From: Eledone cirrhosa
Taxonomy: Eukaryota
Direction: 5' to 3'
Assembly: GCA_964016885.1 (NCBI GenBank)
Contig: OZ024748.1
Span: 36,022,001-36,086,000 of the forward strand
DNA: 64,000 nt
The notes beneath the pieces are model-generated. The model saw only the letters and a list, made by a program, of their open reading frames with translations, was not told the DNA's origin and ran no database searches. The position numbers were made by a program, and so were the translations under genes. Of the stretch, positions 15,360 to 27,997 are shown piece by piece. Each line of letters starts with the position of its first letter. The first letter of the stretch is position 1.

Positions 15360-15463
15360 CGTGCAGACAGACAGTCGTGCAGACAGACAGTCGTGCAGAG
15401 AGGTGATATACGCGTGCAGACAGAAAGTCGTGCAGAGAGGTGATATAGGCGTGCAGACAGACA
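15360..15463 (+). repeat. Helitron-internal minisatellite, units A (16 bp) and B (21 bp), order AABABa
   Basis: A = CGTGCAGACAGACAGT, B = CGTGCAGAGAGGTGATATA(C/G)G; total 104 bp. Confidence 0.92.
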
Positions 15464-15740
15464 TAACTGATAATTTGGTTACGCTAATGTTTTTCTCTGC
15501 GTTGCAGTGTTTACATTTTCGATCTTTGTTAATAAATAACCAGTGCAGTTTCTATCCCCAGCATCCTCTTTTGTTATAACATTCGGGTTATCGTTATGTT
15601 TTCTTAACTTCATAAGGCATATTGTTGGTTGAGGGAATATTAATCAAAAACACCACATGCAAGTCTGCACAGTAGACACTACAGTTTTTAAGCCAAGAAA
15701 GAAACTTAACATTGTAACTTTAACACAGCTACTGAGCGAC

Positions 15741-15756
15741 CCCGAGCAACGCCGGG
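15741..15756 (+). other. Helitron 3' subterminal GC-rich hairpin (also 21366-21381 and 28915-28930)
   Basis: CCCG-A-GC-AAC-GC-CGGG: CCCG/CGGG plus GC/GC stem with one bulge, ending 12 nt before the element's 3' end. This is the typical Helitron rolling-circle termination signal. Confidence 0.85.
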
Positions 15757-18700
15757 CTTTACTGCTAGTATACTATAAAGGAGTAAATTTAGTTAATAAT
15801 ACATTACATTATAAAGAAGTACTAAAATTATTACTAATACATTACACTATAAAGGAGTACTAAAGTTAGTTACTAATACATTACACTATAAAGGAGAAAA
15901 GTTAGTTACTAATACACTACACTATAAACGATTACTAAAGTTAGTTACTAATACATTACACTATAAACGAGTAAAGTTAGTTACTAATAGATTATACTAT
16001 AAAGGAATAAAGTTAGTTACTAATATATTGAACTTTAAAGGAGTACTAAAGTAACTTACTAATACATTGCACTATAAAGGAGTAAAGTTAGTTAATAATA
16101 CATTTTACTATAAAGTAGTAAATTTAGTTACTAATGCATTAAATTATAAAGGAGTACTAAAGTTAGTTACTAATACATTACACTGTAAAGGAGTAAAATT
16201 AGTTAATAATACATTACACTATAAAGGGGTACTAAAGTTTGTTACTAATACATTATACTATAAAGGAGTAAAGTTAGTTACTAATACGTTATACTATAAG
16301 GAGTTATGTTAGTTACTTATACATTACACTACAAAGGATAAGGTTAGTTACTAATACATTATACTATAAAGGAGTAAAATTAGTTACTAATACATTAGAC
16401 TATAAAGGAGTAAAGTTAGTTACTAATACATTACACTATAAAGGAGTAAAGTTAGTAACTAATACATTACACTATAAAGGAGTAAAGTTAGTTACTAATC
16501 CATTACACTATAAAGGAGTAAAGTTAGTTACTAATACATTAAACCATAAAGGAGTACTAAAGTTACTTACTAATACATTACACTATAAAGGAGTAAAGTT
16601 AGTTACTAATACTTTATACAATAAAGTAGTAAAGTTAGTTAGTAATACATTATACTATAAAGGAGTAAACTTAGTAACTAATACCTCACACTATAAAGGA
16701 GTACTAAAGTTAGTTACTAATACATTACTCTATAAAGGAGTAAAGTTAGTTACTAATACCTTACACTATAAAGGAGTAAAGTTAGTTACTAATACATTAC
16801 ACTATAAAGGAGTAAATTTAGTTACTAATACATTACACTACAAAGGAGTACTAACATTAGTTACTAATACATTATACTATAAAGGAGTAAACTTAGTTAC
16901 TAATACATTAAACTATAAAAGAGTAATAAAGTTAGTTACTAATACATTATACTATAAACGAGTAAAGTTAGTTACTAATACATTACACTCTAAAGGAACA
17001 GTAAAGTTAGTTACTAATACATTACACTATAAACGAGTAAAGTTAGTTACTAATACTTTATACTATAAAGTAGTAAAGTTAGTTACTAATACATTATAAT
17101 ATAAAGGAGTAAAGTTAGTTACTAATACATTACACCATAAAGGAGTAAAGTTAGTTACTAATACATTATACTATAAACCAGTAATGTTAGTTACTAATAC
17201 ATTACACTAGAAAGAAGTACTAAAGTTAGTTAATAATACATTATACTATAAAGGAGTAAATTTAGTTACTAATACATTAGACTATAAAGTAGTAAAGTTA
17301 GTTACTAAGACATTATACTATAAAGGAGTAAAGTTAGTTACTAATACCTTACACTATAAAGGAGTACTAAAGTTAGTTACTAACACATTATTCTATAAAA
17401 AAGTACTTAAGTTAGTTACTAATACATTATACTATAAAGGAGTAAAGTTAGTTACTAATACAATACACTCTAAAGGAGTAAAGTTAGTTACTAATACATT
17501 ACAGTATAAAGGAGTACTTAAGTTAGTTACTAATACATTAAACTATGAAAAATTAAATTTAGTTACTAATACATTACACTATAAAGGAGTACTAAAGTTA
17601 GTTACTAATACATTATACTATAAATGAGTACTAAAGTTAGTTACTAATACATTATACTATAAAGGAGTACTAAAGTTAGTTACTAATATTATTATACTAT
17701 AAAGGAGTACTAAAGTCAGTTACTAATACATTATACTATAAAGGAGTAAAGTTAGTTACTAATACATTATACTATAAAGGAGTACTAAAGTTAGTTACTA
17801 ATACATTATACTATAAAGGAGTACTAAAGTTAGTTACTAATACATTATACTATAAAGGAGTACTAAAGTTAGTTACTGATACATTATACTACAAAGGAGT
17901 ACTAAAGTTAGTTACTAATACATTATACTATAAAGGAGTACTAAAGTTAGTTACTAATACATTACACGATAAAGGAGTACTAAAGTTAGTTACTAATACA
18001 TTATACTATAAAGGAGTAAAGTTTGTTACTAATACATTATACTATAAAGGAGTACTAAAGTTAGTTACTAATACGTTATACTATAAAGGAGTAATAAAGT
18101 TAGTTACTAATACATTATACTATAAAGGAGTACTAAAGTTAGTTACTGATACATTATACTACAAAGGAGTACTAAAGTTATTTACTAATACATTATACTA
18201 TAAGGAAGTATTAAAGTTAGTTAGTAATACATTATACTCTAAAAGAGTACTAAAGTTGGTTACTAATACGTTATAAAGGAGTAAGGTTACTTACTAATAC
18301 ATTACACTATATAGGAATACTAAAGTTAGTTATTAATACATTACACTATAAAGGAGTACTAAACTTAGTTACTAATACATTACAGTATTAAGGAGTATTC
18401 AAGTTATTTACTAATACATTATACTATAAAGGAGTAATAAAGTTAGTTACTAATACATTACACTACAAAGGAGTACTAAAGTTAGTTACTAATACATAAT
18501 TCTATAAAGGAGTAAAGTTAGTTACTAATACATTACACTATAAAGGAGTAATAATGTTACTTAATAATACATTACACTATAAAGGAGTACTAAAGTTAGT
18601 TACTAATACATTATACTATAAAGGAGTAAGAAAGTTAGTTACTAATACATTACACTATAATGGAGTAATAATGTTATTTAATAATACATTACACTATAAA

Positions 18701-20516
18701 GGAGTACTAAATTTAGTTACTAATACATAATTCTATAAAGGAGTAAAGTTAGTTACTAATACATTACACTATAAAGGAGTAATAAAGTTAGTTACTTATA
18801 CATTACACTATAAAGGAGTACTAAAGTTAGTTACTAATACTTTATACTATAAAGGAGTAATAAGGTTAGTTACTAATACATTACACTATAATGGACTACT
18901 AAAGTTAGTTACTGATACATTATTCTATAAAGGAGTACTAAAGTTAGTAACTAATACATTATACTATAAAGGATTAAGAAAGTTAGTTACTGATACATTA
19001 CACTATAAAGGAGTAGTAAAGTTAGTTACTGATACATTATACTATAAAGGAGTAAAGTTCGTTACTAATACATTACACTATAAGGTAGTATTAAAGTTAG
19101 TTAGTAATACATTATACTCTAAAGGAGTACTAAATTTGCTTACTAATCCATTATAAAGGAGTACTAAGTTAGTTACTAATACATTATACTATAAAGAAGT
19201 ACTAGAGTTAGTTACTGATACATTACACTATAAAGGAGTACTTAAGTTAGTTACTAATACATTACACTATAAAGGAGTACTAAAGTGAGTTACTAATACA
19301 TTATACCATAAAGGAGTAAAGTTAGTTACTAATACATTACACTATAAAGAAGTATTAAAGTTAGTTACTAATACATTACACTATAAGATAGTATTAAAGT
19401 TAGTTAGTAATACATTATACACTAAAGGAGTACTAAAGTTGGTTACTAATACATTATAAAGCAGAAAAGTCAGTTACTAATACATAATTCTATAAAGGAG
19501 TAAAGTTAGTTAATAATACATTACACTATAAAGGAGTACTAAAGTTAGTTACTAATACATTATAATATAAAGGAGTACTAAAGCTAGTTACTAATACATT
19601 ATACTATAAAGGAGTAATAAAGTTAGTTACTGATACATTACACTATAAATGAGTACTAAATTTAGTTACTAATACATTACAGTATAATGGAGTACTAAGG
19701 TTAGTTACTAATACATGACACTATAAAAGAGTACTAAAGTTAGTTACTAATACGTTATATTATAAAGGAGTAATAAAGTTAGTTACTAATACATTACACT
19801 ATAAAGGAGTACTAAAGATAGTTACTGATACATTATACTATAAAGGAGTACTAAAGTTAGTTACTAATACATTACACTATAAAGGAGTAAAGTTAGTTAA
19901 TAATACATTACACTCTAAAGGAGTATAAAGTTAGTTACTAATACATTACACTATAAAGGAATACTAAAGTCAGTTACTAATACATTACATTATAAAGGAG
20001 TGCTAAAGTTAGTTACCAATACATTATACTATAAAGGAGTACTAAAGTTAGTTACTAATACATTATACTATAAAGGAGTACTAAAGTTAGTTACTAATAC
20101 ATTATACTATAAACGAGAACAGTTAGTTACTAATACATTATACTATAAAGGAGTACTAAAATTAGTTACTAATACATTATACTATAAAGGAGTAATAAAG
20201 TTAGTTACTAATACATTACACAATAAAGGAGTACTAAAGTTAGTTACTAATACATTATACTATAAATGAGTAAAGTTAGTTACTAATATATTATACTATA
20301 AAGGAGTACTAAAGTCAGTTACTAATACATTATACTATAAAGGAGTACTAAAGTTAGTTACTAATACATTATACTATAAAGGAGTACTTAAATTAGTTAC
20401 TAATACATTATACTATAAAGGAGTAAAGTTAGTTACTAATACATTACACTATAAAGGAGTAAAGTTAGTTACAAATACATTACACTATAAAGTAGTAAAG
20501 TTAGTTACTATTACAA

Positions 20517-21393
20517 TCTATATATATAAAACTGTGGTTGTCTGTCTGTCTATCGATTTTTGGCACACATCTCCTCTTAGAATCTCTCACGGAATTGCAC
20601 CGAAATTGCTATAATTGTACATTGAGCCCTAGCGAAGACATCGGAAAAAAAAAATTTCAAATTGACCCACCCTATGTGACGAAAACGAATATAATATATC
20701 GATTTTTGAGCGTAAGTTATCAGTTATTTCCCTTTGTTCTGTTTACATTGAGCGTCTTACGTAAAAAATTACGCTGGCTTTCTCAGCGTTTAAAATGACA
20801 TTAACACGATACACGAACAGTTGTCGTCGAGCCAGCAAAATATTGACCTGCAAAATTCATCAGTTCGAACACTAAACTTCCGTTTTGCTTCATTTCCATT
20901 TAAAAGCATTTTAAAACAATATTTTTACTTGAAAACAAGTCTATTTAAAGACTACGTAAAACAAGCAAATATTTCGTCGTTAGGCGTGCAGACAGACAGT
21001 CGTGCAGACAGACAGTCGTGCAGAGAGGTGATATACGCGTGCAGACAGAAAGTCGTGCAGAGAGGTGATATAGGCGTGCAGACAGACATAACTGATAATT
21101 TGGTTACGCTAATGTTTTTCTCTGCGTTGCAGTGTTTACATTTTCGATCTTTGTTAATAAATAACCAGTGCAGTTTCTATCCCCAGCATCCTCTTTTGTT
21201 ATAACATTCGGGTTATCGTTATGTTTTCTTAACTTCATAAGGCATATTGTTGGTTGAGGGAATATTAATCAAAAACACCACATGCAAGTCTGCACAGTAG
21301 ACACTACAGTTTTTAAGCCAAGAAAGAAACTTAACATTGTAACTTTAACACAGCTACTGAGCGACCCCGAGCAACGCCGGGCTTTACTGCTAG
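20517..21393 (+). mobile_element. Non-autonomous Helitron, copy 2, 877 bp
   Basis: Same termini and flanks as copy 1 at offset 5625. One internal difference was noticed (A10 versus AAAAAGAAAA). Confidence 0.93.
20985..21088 (+). repeat. Helitron-internal minisatellite, copy 2, order AABABa
   Basis: Same as copy 1 at offset 5625. Confidence 0.92.
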
Positions 21394-24300
21394 TATACTA
21401 TAAAGGAGTAAATTTAGTTAATAATACATTACATTATAAAGGAGTACTAAAATTATTACTAATACATTACACTATAAAGGAGTACTAAAGTTAGTTACTA
21501 ATACATTACACTATAAAGGAGAAAAGTTAGTTACTAATACACTACACTATAAACGATTACTAAAGTTAGTTACTAATACATTACACTATAAACGAGTAAA
21601 GTTAGTTACTAATAGATTATACTATAAAGGAATAAAGTTAGTTACTAATATATTGAACTTTAAAGGAGTACTAAAGTAACTTACTAATACATTGCACTAT
21701 AAAGGAGTAAAGTTAGTTAATAATACATTTTACTATAAAGTAGTAAATTTAGTTACTAATGCATTAAATTATAAAGGAGTACTAAAGTTAGTTACTAATA
21801 CATTACACTGTAAAGGAGTAAAATTAGTTAATAATACATTACACTATAAAGGGGTACTAAAGTTTGTTACTAATACATTATACTATAAAGGAGTAAAGTT
21901 AGTTACTAATACGTTATACTATAAGGAGTTATGTTAGTTACTTATACATTACACTACAAAGGATAAGGTTAGTTACTAATACATTATACTATAAAGGAGT
22001 AAAATTAGTTACTAATACATTAGACTATAAAGGAGTAAAGTTAGTTACTAATACATTACACTATAAAGGAGTAAAGTTAGTAACTAATACATTACACTAT
22101 AAAGGAGTAAAGTTAGTTACTAATCCATTACACTATAAAGGAGTAAAGTTAGTTACTAATACATTAAACCATAAAGGAGTACTAAAGTTACTTACTAATA
22201 CATTACACTATAAAGGAGTAAAGTTAGTTACTAATACTTTATACAATAAAGTAGTAAAGTTAGTTAGTAATACATTATACTATAAAGGAGTAAACTTAGT
22301 AACTAATACCTCACACTATAAAGGAGTACTAAAGTTAGTTACTAATACATTACTCTATAAAGGAGTAAAGTTAGTTACTAATACCTTACACTATAAAGGA
22401 GTAAAGTTAGTTACTAATACATTACACTATAAAGGAGTAAATTTAGTTACTAATACATTACACTACAAAGGAGTACTAAAATTAGTTACTAATACATTAT
22501 ACTATAAAGGAGTAAACTTAGTTACTAATACATTAAACTATAAAAGAGTAATAAAGTTAGTTACTAATACATTATACTATAAACGAGTAAAGTTAGTTAC
22601 TAATACATTACACTCTAAAGGAACAGTAAAGTTAGTTACTAATACATTACACTATAAACGAGTAAAGTTAGTTACTAATACTTTATACTATAAAGGAGTA
22701 AAGTTAGTTACTAATACATTATAATATAAAGGAGTAAAGTTAGTTACTAATACATTACACCATAAAGGAGTAAAGTTAGTTACTAATACATTATACTATA
22801 AACCAGTAATGTTAGTTACTAATACATTACACTAGAAAGAAGTACTAAAGTTAGTTAATAATACATTATACTATAAAGGAGTAAATTTAGTTACTAATAC
22901 ATTAGACTATAAAGTAGTAAAGTTAGTTACTAAGACATTATACTATAAAGGAGTAAAGTTAGTTACTAATACCTTACACTATAAAGGAGTACTAAAGTTA
23001 GTTACTAATACATTACGCTATAAAGGAGTAATGTTAGTTACTAATACATTATACTATAAAGGAATAAAGTTAGTTACAAAAGCATTACACTATAAAGGAG
23101 TAAATTCAGTTACTAATACATTACACTATAGAGGAGTGATGTTCGTTACTAATACATTATAATATAAAGGAGTAAAATTAGTTACTAAAACATTACACTA
23201 TAAAGGAGTACTAAAGTTAGTTACTAATACATTAAACTATAAAGGAGTACTAAAGTTACTTACTAATACATTATACTATAAAGGAGTAAAGTTAGTTACT
23301 AATACATTACACTATAAAGGAGTACTTAAGTTAGTTACTAATACATTATACTGTAAAGGAGTAAAGTTTGTTACTAATACATGATACTATAAAGGAGTAA
23401 AGTTAGTTACTAATGCATTATACTATAAAGGAGTAAAGTTTTTTCATAATGCATTAAACTATAAAGGAGTACTAAAGTTAGTTACTAATACGTTATACTA
23501 TAAAGAGGTAAAGTTAGTTACTAATATATTACACTATAAAGAAGTACTAAAGTTAGTTACTAATACATTATACTATAAATGAGTACTAAAGTTAGTTACT
23601 AATACATTATTCTATAAATGAGTAAAGCTAGTTACTAATGCATTACTCCATAAAGGAGTAAAATTAGTTACTAATACATTACCCTATAAAGATGTAAAGT
23701 TAGTTACTAATACATTACACTATAAAGGAATACTAAATTTAGTTACTAATACATTATACTATAAAGGAGTAAAGATAGTTACTAATACATTACACTATAA
23801 AGGAGAACTAAAGTTAGTTACTAATACATTATACTATAAAGGAGTTATGTTAGTTACTAATACATTACACTATAAAGGAGTACTTAAGTTAGTTACTAAT
23901 ACATTACACTATAAAGGAGTACTTAAGTTAGTTACTAATACATTATACTATAAAGGAGTAAAGTTAGTTACTAATACATTACACTATAAAGGAGTATAGT
24001 TAGTTACTAATACATTAAACTATAAAGGAGTACTAAAGTTAGTTACTAATACATTATACTATAAATGAGTAAAGCTAGTTACTAATGCATTACTCCATAA
24101 AGGAGTAAAATTAGTTACTAATACATAACCCTATAAAGGAGTAAATTTAGTTACTAATACATTACACTATAAAGGAGTAAAGTTATACATTATACTATAA
24201 AGGTGTTATGTTAGTTACTAATACATTACACTATAAAGTAGTAAAGTTAGTTACTAATACATTATACTCTAAAGGAGTAAAGTTAGTTACTAATAGATTA

Positions 24301-24731
24301 CACTATAAAGGAGTACTAAAGTTAGTTACTAATACATTGCACTATAAAGTAATACTAAATTTAGTTACTATAAATCATAATATAAAGGATTAAAGTTGGT
24401 TACTAATACATTACACTGTAAAGTAGTAAATTTAGTTACTAATACATTACACTATAAAGGAGTACTAAAGTTAGTTACTAATACATTATACTATAAAGGA
24501 GTAAAGTTAGTTACTAATACATTACACTATAAAGGAGTACTAAAGTTAGTTACTAGTACATTACACTATAAACGAGTAAAGTTAGTTACTAATACATTAT
24601 ACTATAAAGGGGTAAAGTTAGTTACTAATACATTAAACTATAAAGGAGTACTAAAGTTACTTACTAATACATTAAACTATAAAAGAGTAAAGTTAGTTAC
24701 TAATACATTATACTATAGAGAAGTAAAGATA

Positions 24732-24770
24732 TGTTTCTTTTATTTGCCACCAGGGCATCAAAAGTGGGAC
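24732..24770. mobile_element. 39-bp foreign insert flanked by 8-bp direct repeat TAAAGATA (putative TSD), copy 1
   Basis: TAAAGATA-[TGTTTCTTTTATTTGCCACCAGGGCATCAAAAGTGGGAC]-TAAAGATA. The insert is unlike the satellite. The satellite consensus at the flank position is TAAAGTTA. Confidence 0.6.
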
Positions 24771-27700
24771 TAAAGATAGTTACTAATACATTATACTATA
24801 AAGGAGCAAACTTAGTTACTAATACATTAAACTATAAAGAAGTACTAAAGTTAGTTACTAATACATTAAACTATAAAGGAGTAAAGTTAGTTACTAATAC
24901 ATTACACTATAAAGTAGTAAAGTTAGTTACTAATACAATATACTATAAAGGAGTAAATTTAGTTAATAATACATTAAACTATAAAGGAGTACTAAAGTTA
25001 GTTACTAATACATTAAACTATAAAGGAGTAAAGTTAGTTACTAATACATTATACAATAAAGTAGTAAAGTTAGTTAGTAATACATTATACTATAAAGGAG
25101 TAAACTTAGTAACTAATACCTCACACTATAAAGGATTACTAAAGTTAGTTACTAATACATTAAACTATAAAGGAGTAAAGTTAGTTACTAATACATTACA
25201 CTATAAAGTAGTAAAGTTAGTTACTAATACAATATACTATAAAGGAGTAAATTTAGTTAATAATACATTACACTATAAAGGAGTACTAAAATTATTACTA
25301 ATACATTACACTATAAAGGAGTACTAAAGTTAGTTACTAATACATTACACTATAAAGGAGTAAAGTTAGTTACTAATACACTACACTATAAACGATTACT
25401 AAAGTTAGTTACTAATACATTACACTATAAACGAGTAAAGTTAGTTACTAATATATTATACTATAAAGGAATAAAGTTAGTTACTAATATATTAAACTAT
25501 AATGGAGTACTAAAGTAACTTACTAATACATTACACTATAAAGTGTAAAGTTAGTTAATAATACATTTTACTATAAAGGAGTAAATTTAGTTACTAATGC
25601 ATTAAACTATAAAGGAGTACTAAAGTTAGTTACTAATACATTACACTGTAAAGGAGTAAAATTAGTTAATAATACATTACACTATAAAGGGGTACTAAAG
25701 TTTGTTACTAATACATTATACTATAAAGGAGTAAAGTTAGTTACTAATACGTTATACTATAAAGGAGTTATGTTAGTTACTTATACGTTACACTATAAAG
25801 GATAAGGTTAGTTACTAATACATTATACTATAAAGGAGTAAAATTAGTTACTAATACATTAGACTATAAAGGAGCAAAGTTAGTTACTAATACATTACAC
25901 TATAAAGGAGTAAAGTTAGTTACTAATACATTACACTATAAAGGAGTAAAGTTAGTTACTAATACATTAAACCATAAAGGAGTACTAAAGTTCCTTACTA
26001 ATACATTACACTATAAAGGAGTAAAGTTAGTTACTAATACATTATACTATAAAGTAGTAATGTTAGTTAGTAATACATTATACTATAAAGAAGTAAACTT
26101 AGTAACTAATACCTCACACTATAAAGGAGTACTAAAGTTAGTTACTAATACATTACACTATAAAGGAGTAAATTTAGTTACTAATACATTACACTACAAA
26201 GGAGTACTAAAATTAGTTACTAATACATTATACTATAAAGGTGTAAACTTAGTTACTAATACATTAAACTATAAAAGAGTAATAAAGTTAGTTACTAATA
26301 CATTATACTATAAACGAGTAAAGTTAGTTACTAATACATTATACTATAAAGGAGTAAAGTTAGTTACTAATACATTATACTATAAAGGAGTAAAGTTTCT
26401 TCATAATGCATTAAACTATAAAGGAGTACTAAAGTTAGTTACTAATACATTATACTATAAAGGCGTAAAGTTAGTTACTAATATATTACACTATAAAGGA
26501 GTACTAAAGTTAGTTACTAATACATTATATTATAAATGAGTACTAAAGTTAGTTTCTAATACATTATACTATAAATGAGTAAAGCTAGTTACTAATGCAT
26601 TACTCCATAAAGGAGTAAAATTAGTTACTAATACATTACCCTATAAAGATGTAAAGTTAGTTACTAATACATTACACTATAAAGGAATACTAAATTTAGT
26701 TACTAATACCTTATTCTATAAAGGAGTTAAGTTAGTTACTAATACATTACACTATAAAGGAGTACTTAAGTTAGTTACTAATACATTGTACTATAAAGGA
26801 GTAAAGTTAGTTACTAATACATTACACTATAAAGGATTAAAGTTAGTTACTAATACATTACACTATAAAGTAGTAAAGTTAGTTACAAATACATTATACT
26901 ATAAAGGAGTAAAGTTAGTTACTAATACATTACACTATAAAGGAGTATAGTTATTTACTAATACATTACACTATAAAGGAGTAAAGTTAGTCACAAATAC
27001 ATTTAACTATATAGGAGTAAAGTTAGTTACTAATACATTAAACTATAAAGGAGTACTAAAGTTAGTTAATAATACATTATACTATAAATGAGTAAAGCTA
27101 GTTACTAATGCATTACTCCATAAAGGAGTAAAATTAGTTACTAATATATTACCCTATAAAGGAGTAAAGTTAGTTACTAATACATTACACTATAAAGGAG
27201 TAAAGTTACACATTATACTATAAAGGTGTTATGTTAGTTACTAATACATTACACTATAAAGTAGTAAAGTTAGTTACTAATACATTATACTATAAAGGAG
27301 TAAAGTTAGTTACTAATACATTACACTATAAAGGAGTACTAAAGTTAGTTACTAATACATTGCACTATAAAGTAATACTAAATATAGTTACTATACATCA
27401 TAATATAAAGGAGTAAAGTTAGTTACTAATACATTACACTGTAAAGTAGTAAATGTAGTTACTAATACATTATACTATAAAGGAGTAATGTTAGTTACTA
27501 ATACATTACACTATAAAGGAGTACTAAAGTTAGTTACTAATACATTATACTATAAAGGAGTAAAGTTAGTTACTAATACATTACACTATAAAGGAGTACT
27601 AAAGTTAGTTACTAATACATTACACTATAAACGAGTAAAGTTAGTTACTAATACATTATACTATAAAGGGGTAAAGTTAGTTACTAATACATTAAACTAT

Positions 27701-27790
27701 AAAGGAGTACTAATGTTACTTACTAATACATTACACTATAAAAGAGTAAAGTTAGTTACTAATACATTATACTATAGAGAAGTAAAGATA

Positions 27791-27829
27791 TGTTTCTTTT
27801 AATTGCCACCAGGGCATCAAAAGTGGGAC
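27791..27829. mobile_element. 39-bp foreign insert, copy 2
   Basis: Same insert and flanks with one substitution (TTTTAATTGCC). Confidence 0.6.
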
Positions 27830-27997
27830 TAAAGATAGTTACTAATACATTATACTATAAAGGAGCAAACTTAGTTACTAATACATTAAACTATAAAGGA
27901 GTACTAAAGTTAGTTACTAATACATTAAACTATAAAGGAGTAAAGTTAGTTACTAATACATTACACTATAAAGTAGTAAAGTTAGTTACTAATACAA

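Larger units (their letters stand above)
14892..15768 (+). mobile_element. Non-autonomous Helitron (rolling-circle transposon), copy 1, 877 bp
   Basis: Starts TCTATATATATAAAA and ends CCCGAGCAACGCCGGG-CTTTACTG-CTAG. It lies between host A (14891) and T (15769) with no TSD, as confirmed by the empty sites. No RepHel ORF. Confidence 0.93.
11730..23005. repeat. Tandem duplication with a 5625-bp unit containing Helitron copies 1 and 2 (junction ~17353-17380)
   Basis: Constant offset of 5625 for markers 11756/17381, ORF starts 14375/20000 and 16067/21692, and both Helitron ends. Confidence 0.93.

Noticed and set aside
14892-15768. Classifying the element as a Helentron/DINE-1, MITE or SINE
   Set aside because: No terminal or clear subterminal inverted repeats, no TSD, no poly(A) tail or pol III boxes. 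TC…CTAG ends in an A|T target match canonical Helitrons, whereas Helentrons typically insert at TT.
14892-15768. Idea that the 36/39-bp satellite itself derives from this Helitron
   Set aside because: No similarity is visible between the monomer and the element interior, and the empty sites show the element sits inside a pre-formed monomer.
14913-15863. Short ORFs inside the Helitron copies (86, 127 and 68 aa) and the minus-strand ORF 28432-28638
   Set aside because: No HUH/Rep or PIF1 helicase motifs. Frames are not preserved in copy 3, and they run through minisatellite or out into the host satellite.
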